This document shows positions 39,704 through 48,673 of a stretch of 64,000 nt of DNA, piece after piece. Location of the stretch: contig OZ253555.1 of assembly GCA_965262725.1 (NCBI GenBank), forward strand, positions 192,001-256,000. The letters run 5' to 3'. Under the pieces are notes generated by a model. It did not search any database, was not told the DNA's origin, and saw only the letters and a list, made by a program, of their open reading frames with translations. This DNA comes from Dehalococcoidia bacterium (GTDB taxonomy: Bacteria > Chloroflexota > Dehalococcoidia > UBA2979). How positions within the stretch are numbered: position 1 is the first letter of the stretch; each line of letters begins with the position of its first letter. A program made the translations under genes and the position numbers.

Positions 39704-40444
39704 ATGCAGCGCGTACTCCTCGTCTCAGACAGCGCCGTCCACGTGGCCGTGACGGAGACCGTGCTGCGCGACGAGGGCGTCCTGTTCCGCCACGAGACAT
39801 CGCTCCCCGCGGGGCTCGCGCTCGCGCGCGAGTGGCGCCCGCTCCTGCTGATCCTCGACCTCGCCGTCCCCCTGGAGCGCGACGGCGTGCGCGCGTCGCC
39901 CGTGGCGACCGGCCGCAGCGCCGCGCGCGGCGCCCGGCGGGCGAACCTCACCGCGGGCGGCCTTGAGGCGGTGCTGCGCGATCCGGCTATAGACGGCGCC
40001 ACCCGGGTGCTCGCGATCGCCCAGCCGGAGCAGCTCGGCGTGCTCCGTCCCGATGCGGATATCGAGGACTTCCTGCTCTCCCCGCTCGACGACGAGGAGC
40101 TTCGGGTGCGCGTGCTGCGCGCCCTGGCGCGCGCCGGGGGAGAGGAGGGGAGCGTCCTTCGCCGGGGCGGCGTGGTGGTCGACCTCGAGCGCTACACGGT
40201 GACGGTCGACGGCGCGGTCGTCGACCTCACCTACAAGGAGTACGAGCTCCTGGCGTTCCTAGCGGGGAGCCCCGGGCGGCCCTTCACGCGCGAGGCCCTG
40301 CTCGATCGCGTGTGGGGCTACGATTACTACGGCGGCGCCCGCACCGTGGATGTGCACGTGCGCCGCATTCGTTCGAAGATCGAGGGGCGCCGCCAGTACA
40401 TCGAGACGGTGCGCAACGTCGGTTACCGCTTCGTCGAGCTCTGA
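39704..40444 (+). CDS. glnR: GlnR-like orphan OmpR-family response regulator
   Basis: DLTYKEYELL...VWGYDYYGGARTVDVHVRR winged helix, atypical receiver, adjacent to glnA and GlnR boxes. Confidence 0.82.
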   Translation: MQRVLLVSDSAVHVAVTETVLRDEGVLFRHETSLPAGLALAREWRPLLLILDLAVPLERDGVRASPVATGRSAARGARRANLTAGGLEAVLRDPAIDGATRVLAIAQPEQLGVLRPDADIEDFLLSPLDDEELRVRVLRALARAGGEEGSVLRRGGVVVDLERYTVTVDGAVVDLTYKEYELLAFLAGSPGRPFTREALLDRVWGYDYYGGARTVDVHVRRIRSKIEGRRQYIETVRNVGYRFVEL

Positions 40445-40478
40445 TGGCGGCGGAGTCCCACCCGGGCGCAGGCGCCCG

Positions 40479-40532
40479 GAAACATCGCCGAAACACCAAG
40501 GTAACGCGCGGGAAACGGCCGCCTCCTACCCT
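40479..40532 (+). promoter_or_regulatory. GlnR boxes and -10 element of glnA
   Basis: GAAAC-n6-GAAAC-n6-GTAAC-n6-GAAAC (40479-40516), then TACCCT at 40527-40532. Confidence 0.85.
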
Positions 40533-40630
40533 AGGTGAACCGCGTCCGGGCGGGGCGCTCCTGCTCGCCGCCTGAGCGACGCGATCCCCCGTGAAGCGTG
40601 ACGGGGCGATAGGCAGAAGGAGGAGCGGGC

Positions 40631-42049
40631 GTGGGCTACCAAGAGGTCAAGGCACTGATGGATTCGCGCGGCGTTCGCCGCGTGGAGCTGCGCGTCACGG
40701 ACCTGTTCGGCCGCTGGCAGCAATTCGCTATCCCGGCGGAGTTCTTGACGACCGATCTCCTGGCGAACGGGCAGGGTTTCGACGGATCCTCCCTGCGCGG
40801 GTTCCAGGAGATCCACGAGTCGGACATGCTGCTCATGCCCGACATCGACAGCGCGGTCTATGACCCCATGTCCTCTTCCGAGGTGCCGACGCTCGCGGTG
40901 ATCTGCGACGTGGCCGACCCCATCACGAGGGCCTCGTACTCGCGGGACCCGCGTAACGTCGGCCGCAAGGCCGAGGAGTACCTGCGCTCGACCGGCATCG
41001 CCGACACGGCCTACTTTGGCCCCGAGGCTGAGTTCTTCATCTTCGATGACGTCCGCTACGAGCAGGGCCAAGGCGCGGCCTTCTACTACCTGGATTCGGT
41101 GGAGGCGCACTGGAACAGCGGACGCGACGAGAAGCCGAACCTCGCCTACAAGATTCCCCCCAAGGAGGGATACTCGCCGGTCGCGCCCTTCGACACGCTC
41201 ACCGACATCCGCTGGGAGATGCATGAGGCGATGCACGCCGTGGGGATGAGGACCGAGGTCGGTCACCACGAGGTGGCGACGGCCGGGCAGGGCGAGGTCG
41301 CGACCCGCTTCGACACCCTCACGCGCCGCGGCGACTACAACCAGTGGTACAAGCACATCGTGCGCAACGTGGCGCGCCGCCACGGCAAGGTCGCCACGTT
41401 CATGCCGAAGCCGATCTTCGGCGACAACGGCACCGGGATGCACACTCACATGTCGCTGCGCAAGGACGGCGAGCCGATCTTCTTCGACGCGGATGGCTAC
41501 GGCGGCCTCTCCACGCTCGCGCGCCACTACGTGGGGGGACTGCTCAAGCACGCGCCGGCGGTGCTCGCCTTCGCCGCGCCGACGACGAACTCCTACAAGC
41601 GCCTGGTGCCGGGCTTCGAGGCGCCCGTCAACCTCGTCTACTCGATGCGCAATCGTTCCGCCGCGATCCGGATTCCGACCTACGACATGTCGCCGGGGGC
41701 GAAGCGAATCGAGTTCCGCCCGCCGGACCCCGCGTGCAACGCCTACCTGGCCTTCGCGGCGATGCTGATGGCCGGCCTCGACGGCATCCAGAACCAGATC
41801 GAGCCGGGTGACCCCATCGACCGCAACATCTACGAGCTGTCGCAGGATGAGGCGAGCGCCATCCCGAAGGTGCCGGGCTCGCTGACGGAGGCGATCGCGG
41901 CGCTGGAGGCCGACCACGAGTTCCTGCTCGCCGGAGGCGTCTTCACGACCGACCTGCTGGATCTCTACGTCGACTGGAAGCGGGACGAGATCGGCGAGCA
42001 CGGGCAGCGGCCGACGCCGTACGAGTACGAGATGTACTTCCACGTGTAG
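40631..42049 (+). CDS. glnA: Glutamine synthetase type I (GSI-beta)
   Basis: FDGSS, GPEAEFF, HHEVA, FMPKP..DNGTGMH, NRSAAIRIP, adenylylation-type NIYEL. Confidence 0.97.
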   Translation: MGYQEVKALMDSRGVRRVELRVTDLFGRWQQFAIPAEFLTTDLLANGQGFDGSSLRGFQEIHESDMLLMPDIDSAVYDPMSSSEVPTLAVICDVADPITRASYSRDPRNVGRKAEEYLRSTGIADTAYFGPEAEFFIFDDVRYEQGQGAAFYYLDSVEAHWNSGRDEKPNLAYKIPPKEGYSPVAPFDTLTDIRWEMHEAMHAVGMRTEVGHHEVATAGQGEVATRFDTLTRRGDYNQWYKHIVRNVARRHGKVATFMPKPIFGDNGTGMHTHMSLRKDGEPIFFDADGYGGLSTLARHYVGGLLKHAPAVLAFAAPTTNSYKRLVPGFEAPVNLVYSMRNRSAAIRIPTYDMSPGAKRIEFRPPDPACNAYLAFAAMLMAGLDGIQNQIEPGDPIDRNIYELSQDEASAIPKVPGSLTEAIAALEADHEFLLAGGVFTTDLLDLYVDWKRDEIGEHGQRPTPYEYEMYFHV

Positions 42050-42087
42050 GCCGCCCCGGCGGGGCCGGCACCGCCGGCCGCGGGAGC

Positions 42088-43407
42088 ATGCCGATGGATG
42101 ACCCGGTTTCGCGTCAGCATGTCCTGCAGGCGTGTCGCGATCACGATGTGAAGTTCATCCGCCTCTGGTTCACCGACATCCTGGGGGTGCTCAAGTCGGT
42201 GGCGATCACGGTGGAGGAGCTCGAGCACGCGCTCGCCGACGGCATCGCCTTCGACGGCTCCTCGATCCGCGGCTTCGCGCGGGCGCGGGAGACCGACATG
42301 GTCGCCGTGCCCGACGCGGCGACCTTCCAGCTGCTGCCGTGGCGGCCACGCGAGCAGGCAGTAGCACGTATGTTCTGCAATATCCACAAGCCCGACGGCG
42401 AGCCGTTCGCGGGCGACCCGAGGGCCGTGCTCAAGCGCACCCTCGCGCGCGCGGCCGGCGCCGGCTTCACCTTCTACGTCTCCCCGGAGATCGAGTTCTT
42501 CTACTTCCGCGACGCCCACGGGACCGAGCCGCTCGACGAGGGGGGCTACTTCGATCTCACCGCCTTCGACGCGGCCTCCGACCTGAGGCGTGAGACCGTG
42601 CTGATGCTCGAAGAGCTCGGCATCGGCGTCGCCCTCTCGCACCACGAGGTGGCGCCGAGCCAGCACGAGATGGATCTGCGCTACACCGACGCGCTGACGA
42701 TGGCCGACGCGATCATGACCTACCGGGTCGTGGTGAAGGAGGTGGCGCTCAGGCACGGGGTCCACGCCACCTTCATGCCGAAGCCCTTGACCGAGCACAA
42801 CGGGTCGGGGATGCACCTGCAGCTCTCGCTCTTCCGCGGCGAGAGCAACGCCTTCTACGAACCGTCCGACGAGCTGCGCCTGTCGCCGCTCGCGCGGCAG
42901 TTCGCGGCCGGCCTGCTGCACCACGCGCCAGAGACGCTGCTGGTGACGAACCAGTGGGTCAATTCCTACAAGCGGCTGATGCCGGGCTTCGAGGCCCCCA
43001 CGCACCAGAGTTGGTCGCCGCACAGCCAGTCGGAGCTGGTGCGGGTGCCGGCGCATCGCCCCGGGCAGGAGCTCTCGACGCGCATTGAGTACCGCGCGCC
43101 GGACGCGGCCTGCAACCCCTACCTCGCGCTGGCCGCCGTGCTCGCGGCCGGGCTTGCCGGCATGGAGGGGGGTTACGAGCTTCCGCCCGCGCACGACGCG
43201 ACGCCTGACGGGGAGGCCGCGGAGGCCCCCGCCCTTCCCTCCTCGCTCGGCGAGGCGATCGGGGCGTTCGACGGCTCGGAGCTGATGCGCGAGACGCTCG
43301 GCGATCACGTCTTCGAGACGCTGATCGCGAACAAGCGGGAGGAGTGGGCCCGCTACCGGGTCCAGGTCTCCCAGTACGAGCTCACGCAGTACCTGACGCT
43401 GCTCTAA
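42088..43407 (+). CDS. glnA2: Glutamine synthetase family protein (GSI-alpha-like, divergent)
   Basis: FIRLWFTDILG, FDGSSI, PEIEFF, HHEVAPSQHE, NGSGMH, RIEYR. Confidence 0.9.
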   Translation: MPMDDPVSRQHVLQACRDHDVKFIRLWFTDILGVLKSVAITVEELEHALADGIAFDGSSIRGFARARETDMVAVPDAATFQLLPWRPREQAVARMFCNIHKPDGEPFAGDPRAVLKRTLARAAGAGFTFYVSPEIEFFYFRDAHGTEPLDEGGYFDLTAFDAASDLRRETVLMLEELGIGVALSHHEVAPSQHEMDLRYTDALTMADAIMTYRVVVKEVALRHGVHATFMPKPLTEHNGSGMHLQLSLFRGESNAFYEPSDELRLSPLARQFAAGLLHHAPETLLVTNQWVNSYKRLMPGFEAPTHQSWSPHSQSELVRVPAHRPGQELSTRIEYRAPDAACNPYLALAAVLAAGLAGMEGGYELPPAHDATPDGEAAEAPALPSSLGEAIGAFDGSELMRETLGDHVFETLIANKREEWARYRVQVSQYELTQYLTLL

Positions 43408-43509
43408 CGCGCCGTCTGGTGGCGGGGGCGGCGTGTCGCCGGGGCCTCACACGGAGGCCCCAGTGCTGCTCCCACGCACAGGAGGACGGCTCGGCTACGC
43501 CGCCGCGTG

Positions 43510-44346
43510 CTAGACCCCGGGGTCGTGCAGGAAGGCGCGCACCTCGTCCGCCCAGATGTCGGGTGCCTGCCCGGCGTTGAAGTTCCCCTGGCTCGGGATG
43601 CGGACGCCGCGCGAACGCGGGATCGTGGCGAGGAACTTCTCGTGCGAGCGCCCGAGCTCGCTGGTCGTGCCGTGGATGACGAGAGTCGGCGCCTGGATCT
43701 TGGGCGTGCTCTCCCACATGTCGTGGTGGCACATCGCGTAGGGGCCGGCCCCCTCCCACCCCATGTTCCCGTATGCCGTCTCGCCCTCGTTCACGATCAG
43801 GTTGTTGATGAAGCGCTCGGTGACGCGTCGCATGTCCATTCCCGGTCGGGTTCCGCCGACCTTGTTCCAGAGATCGACGAGGTGGCTCCCGTCGGTCCGG
43901 GCTTCGAAGTAGCGGTGAATGCGCTCGTGGACGGCGCGGCGCGCGGGCGTCCCCCAGTTGAAGACCTCCTCGATCACCAGCTTGTCGACGCGCTCCGGGA
44001 ACTCGGCCGCCGTCACCGCGGCGATCTCCGAGCCGGTGTGCGTGCCGTAGAGGCTGGTGCGCTCGATCCCGAGCCCGTCGAGCAGCCAGGTCACGGCGCG
44101 TGCGAACTCGCGGAGAGTCGTATAGGGCGGATCGGGGCGGTCGGACTGCCCGTAGCCCATCGTCGACATCGCGATCACGCGGAACTCGCCGGCGAGCATC
44201 GGGGCGATATCGCGATAGGCCATGCAGGATGAGGGCGTGGCGTGCAGCATCACGAGGGGCTCGCCCGCTCCGATCTCGAAGTACTCGATATTGCCGTCCG
44301 GGCACTGCGCGAAGCCGCGCCGGAGCGTCGCCGTCGCCTGGGTCAT
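43510..44346 (-). CDS. Alpha/beta hydrolase fold protein
   Basis: [16 protein letters not shown], elbow GTHTG, PTLVIHG; RBS GAGGAGG. Confidence 0.88.
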   Translation of the reverse strand: MTQATATLRRGFAQCPDGNIEYFEIGAGEPLVMLHATPSSCMAYRDIAPMLAGEFRVIAMSTMGYGQSDRPDPPYTTLREFARAVTWLLDGLGIERTSLYGTHTGSEIAAVTAAEFPERVDKLVIEEVFNWGTPARRAVHERIHRYFEARTDGSHLVDLWNKVGGTRPGMDMRRVTERFINNLIVNEGETAYGNMGWEGAGPYAMCHHDMWESTPKIQAPTLVIHGTTSELGRSHEKFLATIPRSRGVRIPSQGNFNAGQAPDIWADEVRAFLHDPGV

Positions 44347-44666
44347 CGACCGCCTCCTCCTCGTCGTCAGCTCGTGGTGACCGGGGAGAGGCCGCCGCCC
44401 CGATCGGGGCGGCGGGCCGCGGGAGTCCGGTCGCTCCGGGGATAGTAGATCAATGGACCGCCGGTGTGGAGGCGCGTGCGCGTGCGCGGGCACGGGATGC
44501 GTGTGTCGCAATGCCGGGGCCGGAGACGCCGCGGGAGACGGCGCCGGCGCGCGCTTCGATGGCGCTCCCTGCGGGCCGGACCTATACTCCTTTCGGCTCT
44601 GTGCGGCCCCCGCGCCTCATGGCGTGTCGGGCTGGGCATGAGACGGCCGAAGAGTGGAGCACGAGC

Positions 44667-44804
44667 GTGCCGAAGCGCACCTGGCAGCCGAAGCGCATCC
44701 CGCGCAAGCGGAAGCACGGCTTCCGCGCGCGGATGGCGACGCGGGGTGGACGCGCGGTGATCCGGCGCCGACGCGGGCGCGGGCGCTCACAACTCGCGGC
44801 CTAG
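44667..44804 (+). CDS. rpmH: 50S ribosomal protein L34
   Basis: (M)[35 protein letters not shown]; too short for the ORF track. Confidence 0.97.
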   Translation: MPKRTWQPKRIPRKRKHGFRARMATRGGRAVIRRRRGRGRSQLAA

Positions 44805-44828
44805 CGGTTTCTGGAGCGCAGAACCGGC

Positions 44829-45173
44829 GTGGCTGCCGCGGCAGACCGTCTGCGCCGGAGCACCGAGATCACTCGGACGTTGCGGGGGGGTAGGCGGGCG
44901 CGGCGGCGGTTGGTGCAGATCGCGGCCCGTCCCAACGGACTTCCGCGCAGCCGCTTCGCGCTCTCTGTGAGTAGGCGGGTCGGATCGGCGGTAACCCGCA
45001 ACCGCGTCAAGCGGCGCCTGCGGGCGATGCTGCGCGAGGGTCCGCCGCGCGGGGGGTACGACATCGTCGTGATCGCCCGCGAAGGGTCGGCATCGGCCGC
45101 GTACGGTGAGCTCAAGCGTGACGTGGAGCGCTGCTTCGGCGGAATCGGGCTCCGGCTCTCGGAGGATGCGTGA
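44829..45173 (+). CDS. rnpA: Ribonuclease P protein component
   Basis: [19 protein letters not shown] (RNR motif). Confidence 0.96.
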   Translation: MAAAADRLRRSTEITRTLRGGRRARRRLVQIAARPNGLPRSRFALSVSRRVGSAVTRNRVKRRLRAMLREGPPRGGYDIVVIAREGSASAAYGELKRDVERCFGGIGLRLSEDA

Positions 45174-45424
45174 GTTTCCTGCTCAGGGGTGCCATCCGGA
45201 TCTATCAGGTGACGCTCTCGCCTCTGAGCGGCCCGGCGTGTCGCTACGCGCCGACGTGTTCGAGCTACGCACTCCTGGCGATAGAGCGGCACGGCGCCCT
45301 GCGGGGATCGTGGCTCGCCGCCCGGCGACTCCTCCGGTGCCGGCCGGGATCGCAGGGCGGGTACGATCCGGTCCCGGCGGAGTCGGCGCTGCGTGTCGGG
45401 CCGGGATCCGCGGTCGAGCGTTGA
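45170..45424 (+). CDS. yidD: Membrane protein insertion efficiency factor YidD
   Basis: [10 protein letters not shown]...RLLRC...GGYDPVP. Confidence 0.96.
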   Translation: MSFLLRGAIRIYQVTLSPLSGPACRYAPTCSSYALLAIERHGALRGSWLAARRLLRCRPGSQGGYDPVPAESALRVGPGSAVER

Positions 45425-46551
45425 TGTTTCACGTGAAACACCCACGCCTCCCGCTCGTCGCGGCGGCGCTCGCCGCGCTCGTGCTCGCGACCGGGTGCGT
45501 CGGCGGCAACTTCTCCGAGCCGGTGGGGTGGGCATCCCCGGTCGAAGCCGGTGAGCTCCTGCTCGTGCAGAGCGAGCGCGGACGCCTGGACGCGCTCGAG
45601 TTCACGGCGAGCGGCGGACTGGTGGCGCGCTGGCACTACCCGATCTCCGACGATGAGGTGGAGCTGGATGCGATCTACGCGACGCCGATCGTGGAGGACG
45701 GCGTGATCTACCTCGCCGGCTACTCCGGCGACATCGTCGCGCTCAGCCTCGCGACCGGTCGCCCGTTGCCCGACTGGGGCCGGCCCGTTCGGCTCGATGG
45801 CCATATCGTCGCGACGCCCGCCTTCGACGGGCGGCGACTCTACGTCGCCACCGATCGCGGCCGGGTCACCGAGCTCGACGCGGCGACCGGGCAGGTCGGC
45901 GACGTGGTGCTCGAGGCTGGCGAGAACCACCCGATCTGGGGCGATCCCGTGCTCGCCGCCGGCACGCTCTACATCGCCGACATCGACCACACCGTGCGCG
46001 CGATCGGAGTCGATTCCGGGGCGGTGCGCTGGGTGCAGGTGCTCGACGGCGGCCTGGCGGCGCCGCTGACGCTCGATCGCGAGGTGCTGCTCGCGGGCGC
46101 CCTCGACTCGCGCCTCTACGCGCTCGACGCCGGGGCCGGCGGTGAGCCGCTGTGGAGCTTTCAGGGCGACGGGTGGTTCTGGTCGCGCCCGCTCGTCGCG
46201 GGCGACTCGATCTACGCGCCGACGACAGGCGGCACCGTCTATGCCATCGATCGGTTCTCGGGAGCCGAGCGCTGGAGCTTTGCCAGCGAGGGATCGCAGA
46301 TCCGCACGGCGCTGGTGCTCGTCGACGGCGTGCTCGTCGCCGTCGACCGCGACGGGGCGATCGTCGGGCTGGATCCGTCGAGCGGCGCAGTGCGCTGGCG
46401 CAGCACGATCGACGGCGACGTTCTCGCCGATGGGCTCGTGCGCGGATCGGAGCTCCTCTACGTGACCACCGATGGCGACCTGGTGCGCGTCCATCCGCAG
46501 GACGGCCGCATCGAAGAGCTCTCTCGTCTCTCCGCGTTGCAGGACGGGTAG
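45424..46551 (+). CDS. PQQ-repeat beta-propeller lipoprotein (BamB-like)
   Basis: Lipobox LATG-C, repeated A(L/I)DxxxGxxxW motifs; start may instead be GTG at 45433. Confidence 0.88.
   Translation: MFHVKHPRLPLVAAALAALVLATGCVGGNFSEPVGWASPVEAGELLLVQSERGRLDALEFTASGGLVARWHYPISDDEVELDAIYATPIVEDGVIYLAGYSGDIVALSLATGRPLPDWGRPVRLDGHIVATPAFDGRRLYVATDRGRVTELDAATGQVGDVVLEAGENHPIWGDPVLAAGTLYIADIDHTVRAIGVDSGAVRWVQVLDGGLAAPLTLDREVLLAGALDSRLYALDAGAGGEPLWSFQGDGWFWSRPLVAGDSIYAPTTGGTVYAIDRFSGAERWSFASEGSQIRTALVLVDGVLVAVDRDGAIVGLDPSSGAVRWRSTIDGDVLADGLVRGSELLYVTTDGDLVRVHPQDGRIEELSRLSALQDG
45425..45440. promoter_or_regulatory. parS: parS centromere-like site
   Basis: Exact consensus palindrome TGTTTCACGTGAAACA, about 3.2 kb from parAB. 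Confidence 0.96.
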
Positions 46552-46557
46552 GCGACC

Positions 46558-47541
46558 GTGCCGATTGGCTTCGTCTGGCAGACGTTCCTCGAGACACCGC
46601 TCATCAACGTGATGGTGGCGCTCTCGGCGTTCACCTTCGGCTCGTACGGGCTCGCGATCCTGCTCTTCACCGTCATCTCGCGCGCGGTCACCTTCCCCCT
46701 GACCCTGCGCACGCTGCACTCGATGCGCCACCTGCAGGACGCGCAGCCGCGCATCCAGGAGATCCAGAAGAAGTACTCCGACCCGAAGCGGCGCTCCCAG
46801 GAGACGATGAAGCTCTACAAGGAGCTCGGCGTGAACCCGCTGGGCTGCCTGGGACCGCAGCTCATCCAGCTTCCGGTCTTCATCGCGCTCTACCAGGTCA
46901 TCCGCATCACGCTGGGGACGACGCCCGAGAGCGTGCTCTCGCTCTCCGGGCGCCTCTACGAGATGGACGTCGTGCAGGGGGCGATTCCGCTCTCGACGAG
47001 CTTCGTGCTTCTCGATCTGCGCGAGAACGGGCCGATCTGGATGGTCGCCATCGTCTTTATGGCGATGTGGCTGCAGCAGCGCATCTCCAGCGGCCGCACG
47101 CGTGCGACGGCCGCTCCCAACGCGCAGCAGGCCCAGATGAACCAGATGATGCAGTGGATGATGCCGGCCATGTTCTCGTGGTTCGTCTTCATCGTTCCGG
47201 CGGGGCTCGGACTCTACTGGGCCGCGAGCACGGTTATCGGTATTGTCTTGCAGTGGATTTTCGTGGGGCCCGGGGACTTCACCTGGGGCTCCCTGATTCC
47301 GCCCCGGGCGCGCGAGTCGCTCGGCCTCTCGCGCGCTGGCCCGACGCAGGCGCGCCGGCCCCGCGAGTCGGTCGACGCCACGCGGTCGGGAACCGAGGAG
47401 AAGCAATCCGAAGCGGATGTCGAGACAAGGACGGATGATGGACACAGTGGAGGTCAGCGGAAGGACGGTCGACGAGGCCGTCGACCGAGCGCTCGGTCAG
47501 CTCGGTCTCAGTCGCGATCAGGTCGACGTCGACGTCGTTAG
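46558..47541 (+). CDS. yidC: Membrane protein insertase YidC (short, monoderm type)
   Basis: GVNPLGCL..QLPVFIALY, PAGLGLYW. Confidence 0.96.
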   Translation: MPIGFVWQTFLETPLINVMVALSAFTFGSYGLAILLFTVISRAVTFPLTLRTLHSMRHLQDAQPRIQEIQKKYSDPKRRSQETMKLYKELGVNPLGCLGPQLIQLPVFIALYQVIRITLGTTPESVLSLSGRLYEMDVVQGAIPLSTSFVLLDLRENGPIWMVAIVFMAMWLQQRISSGRTRATAAPNAQQAQMNQMMQWMMPAMFSWFVFIVPAGLGLYWAASTVIGIVLQWIFVGPGDFTWGSLIPPRARESLGLSRAGPTQARRPRESVDATRSGTEEKQSEADVETRTDDGHSGGQRKDGRRGRRPSARSARSQSRSGRRRRR

Positions 47542-48460
47542 CGAGGGTCGCTCCGGCTTCCTCGGTATCGGTTCGGAGGAGGCTGTCGTGCGGGTCACGG
47601 CGCGGGGCTCCTCCGAGGCGGTCGGTTCAGGCGAGGAAGCGGACAGGCCGGCCCGGAGGCGCGGCCGCCGAGGCGGCCGCGGCCGCCGCCGCGACGGGGG
47701 CGCCCGGGCCCAGGCGGACACCGATGAGCCACCCGTGCGAGAGGAAGCCGCCCCGGCCGTCGCCGATCCCGGGGACGACGAGCCGCCGCGGCGGTCGGAG
47801 GTGGAGGGCTGGGGCGACGGTGGTCGTCGCGGTGATCGTGAGCGTCCCGGCGGTCGCGGCCCGGCCGGTCGCTCCCGCGGCGCACGGAGGTTCCGCGGGA
47901 CGCCGCTTGAGGGCGCCCCGCGTATCCCCGGCCAACCGCCGGAGCCGCCCGAGCCGGTGGCGGAGTGGGAGGACGCTGTCGACCTCGCCGGCCGCACGCT
48001 CCGCGACATGCTCAACCTTCTGGGTTTCGCGGAGACGGAGATCCGTGGCCGCGATCCGGAGACGGCCGGCGACGGCGTGGGCAGAACAGAACAAGTGTTC
48101 GATATCGTCGCCCTCGACGACGACACGGCGGATGAGCTCGGCGGGCTGATCGGCCGCCGCGGCCAGACGCTCGTGTCGCTGCAGTACCTCCTCAACGTGA
48201 TCGTCTCCAGGCGCCTCGGGGGCGATCACGTCTTCGCAGTGGATGCCGCCGGCTACCGCCGCCGCCGCGAGGAGTCGCTCGTGGAGATGGCGCGGGAGAT
48301 CGCGGGCGAGGTCCGTGAGACGGGCGACGTGATCACGCTCGAGCCGCTCTCGGCTGCGGAGCGGCGCATTATCCACCTCGCCATCGAGCAGGAGGAGGGC
48401 GTCCGATCCGAGAGCGTCGGCGAGGGGGACGAGCGACAGGTCGAGGTGCTTCCGGAGTAG
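47435..48460 (+). CDS. jag: RNA-binding protein Jag/KhpB (EloR)
   Basis: Jag_N GRTVDEAV...GFLGIG, KH LIGRRGQTL, R3H ERRIIH. Confidence 0.95.
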   Translation: MMDTVEVSGRTVDEAVDRALGQLGLSRDQVDVDVVSEGRSGFLGIGSEEAVVRVTARGSSEAVGSGEEADRPARRRGRRGGRGRRRDGGARAQADTDEPPVREEAAPAVADPGDDEPPRRSEVEGWGDGGRRGDRERPGGRGPAGRSRGARRFRGTPLEGAPRIPGQPPEPPEPVAEWEDAVDLAGRTLRDMLNLLGFAETEIRGRDPETAGDGVGRTEQVFDIVALDDDTADELGGLIGRRGQTLVSLQYLLNVIVSRRLGGDHVFAVDAAGYRRRREESLVEMAREIAGEVRETGDVITLEPLSAAERRIIHLAIEQEEGVRSESVGEGDERQVEVLPE

Positions 48461-48673
48461 CCACGCCCGGGTCGCGGCGCTCCGCGGAGGCCGTGGAGGC
48501 GGTCGATCCGGCGCGCTCTATACTCGCAGGGATCTGAGTGCTCCCCGTCTTGGGACGCCGGGGCCGCGGCCTCGCGGGGCGGCCGGCTTGGGAGTCCGGG
48601 AGCCGGGATCGCATGGCGCGGCGCCCGTCGGGGCTCCGCGGGCGAGGCGCGCGGGTGTCGGGGGCCGGTCGAT

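Noticed and set aside
48369-48377. DnaA box TTATCCACC
   Set aside because: Single mismatched copy inside the jag R3H codons; no cluster.
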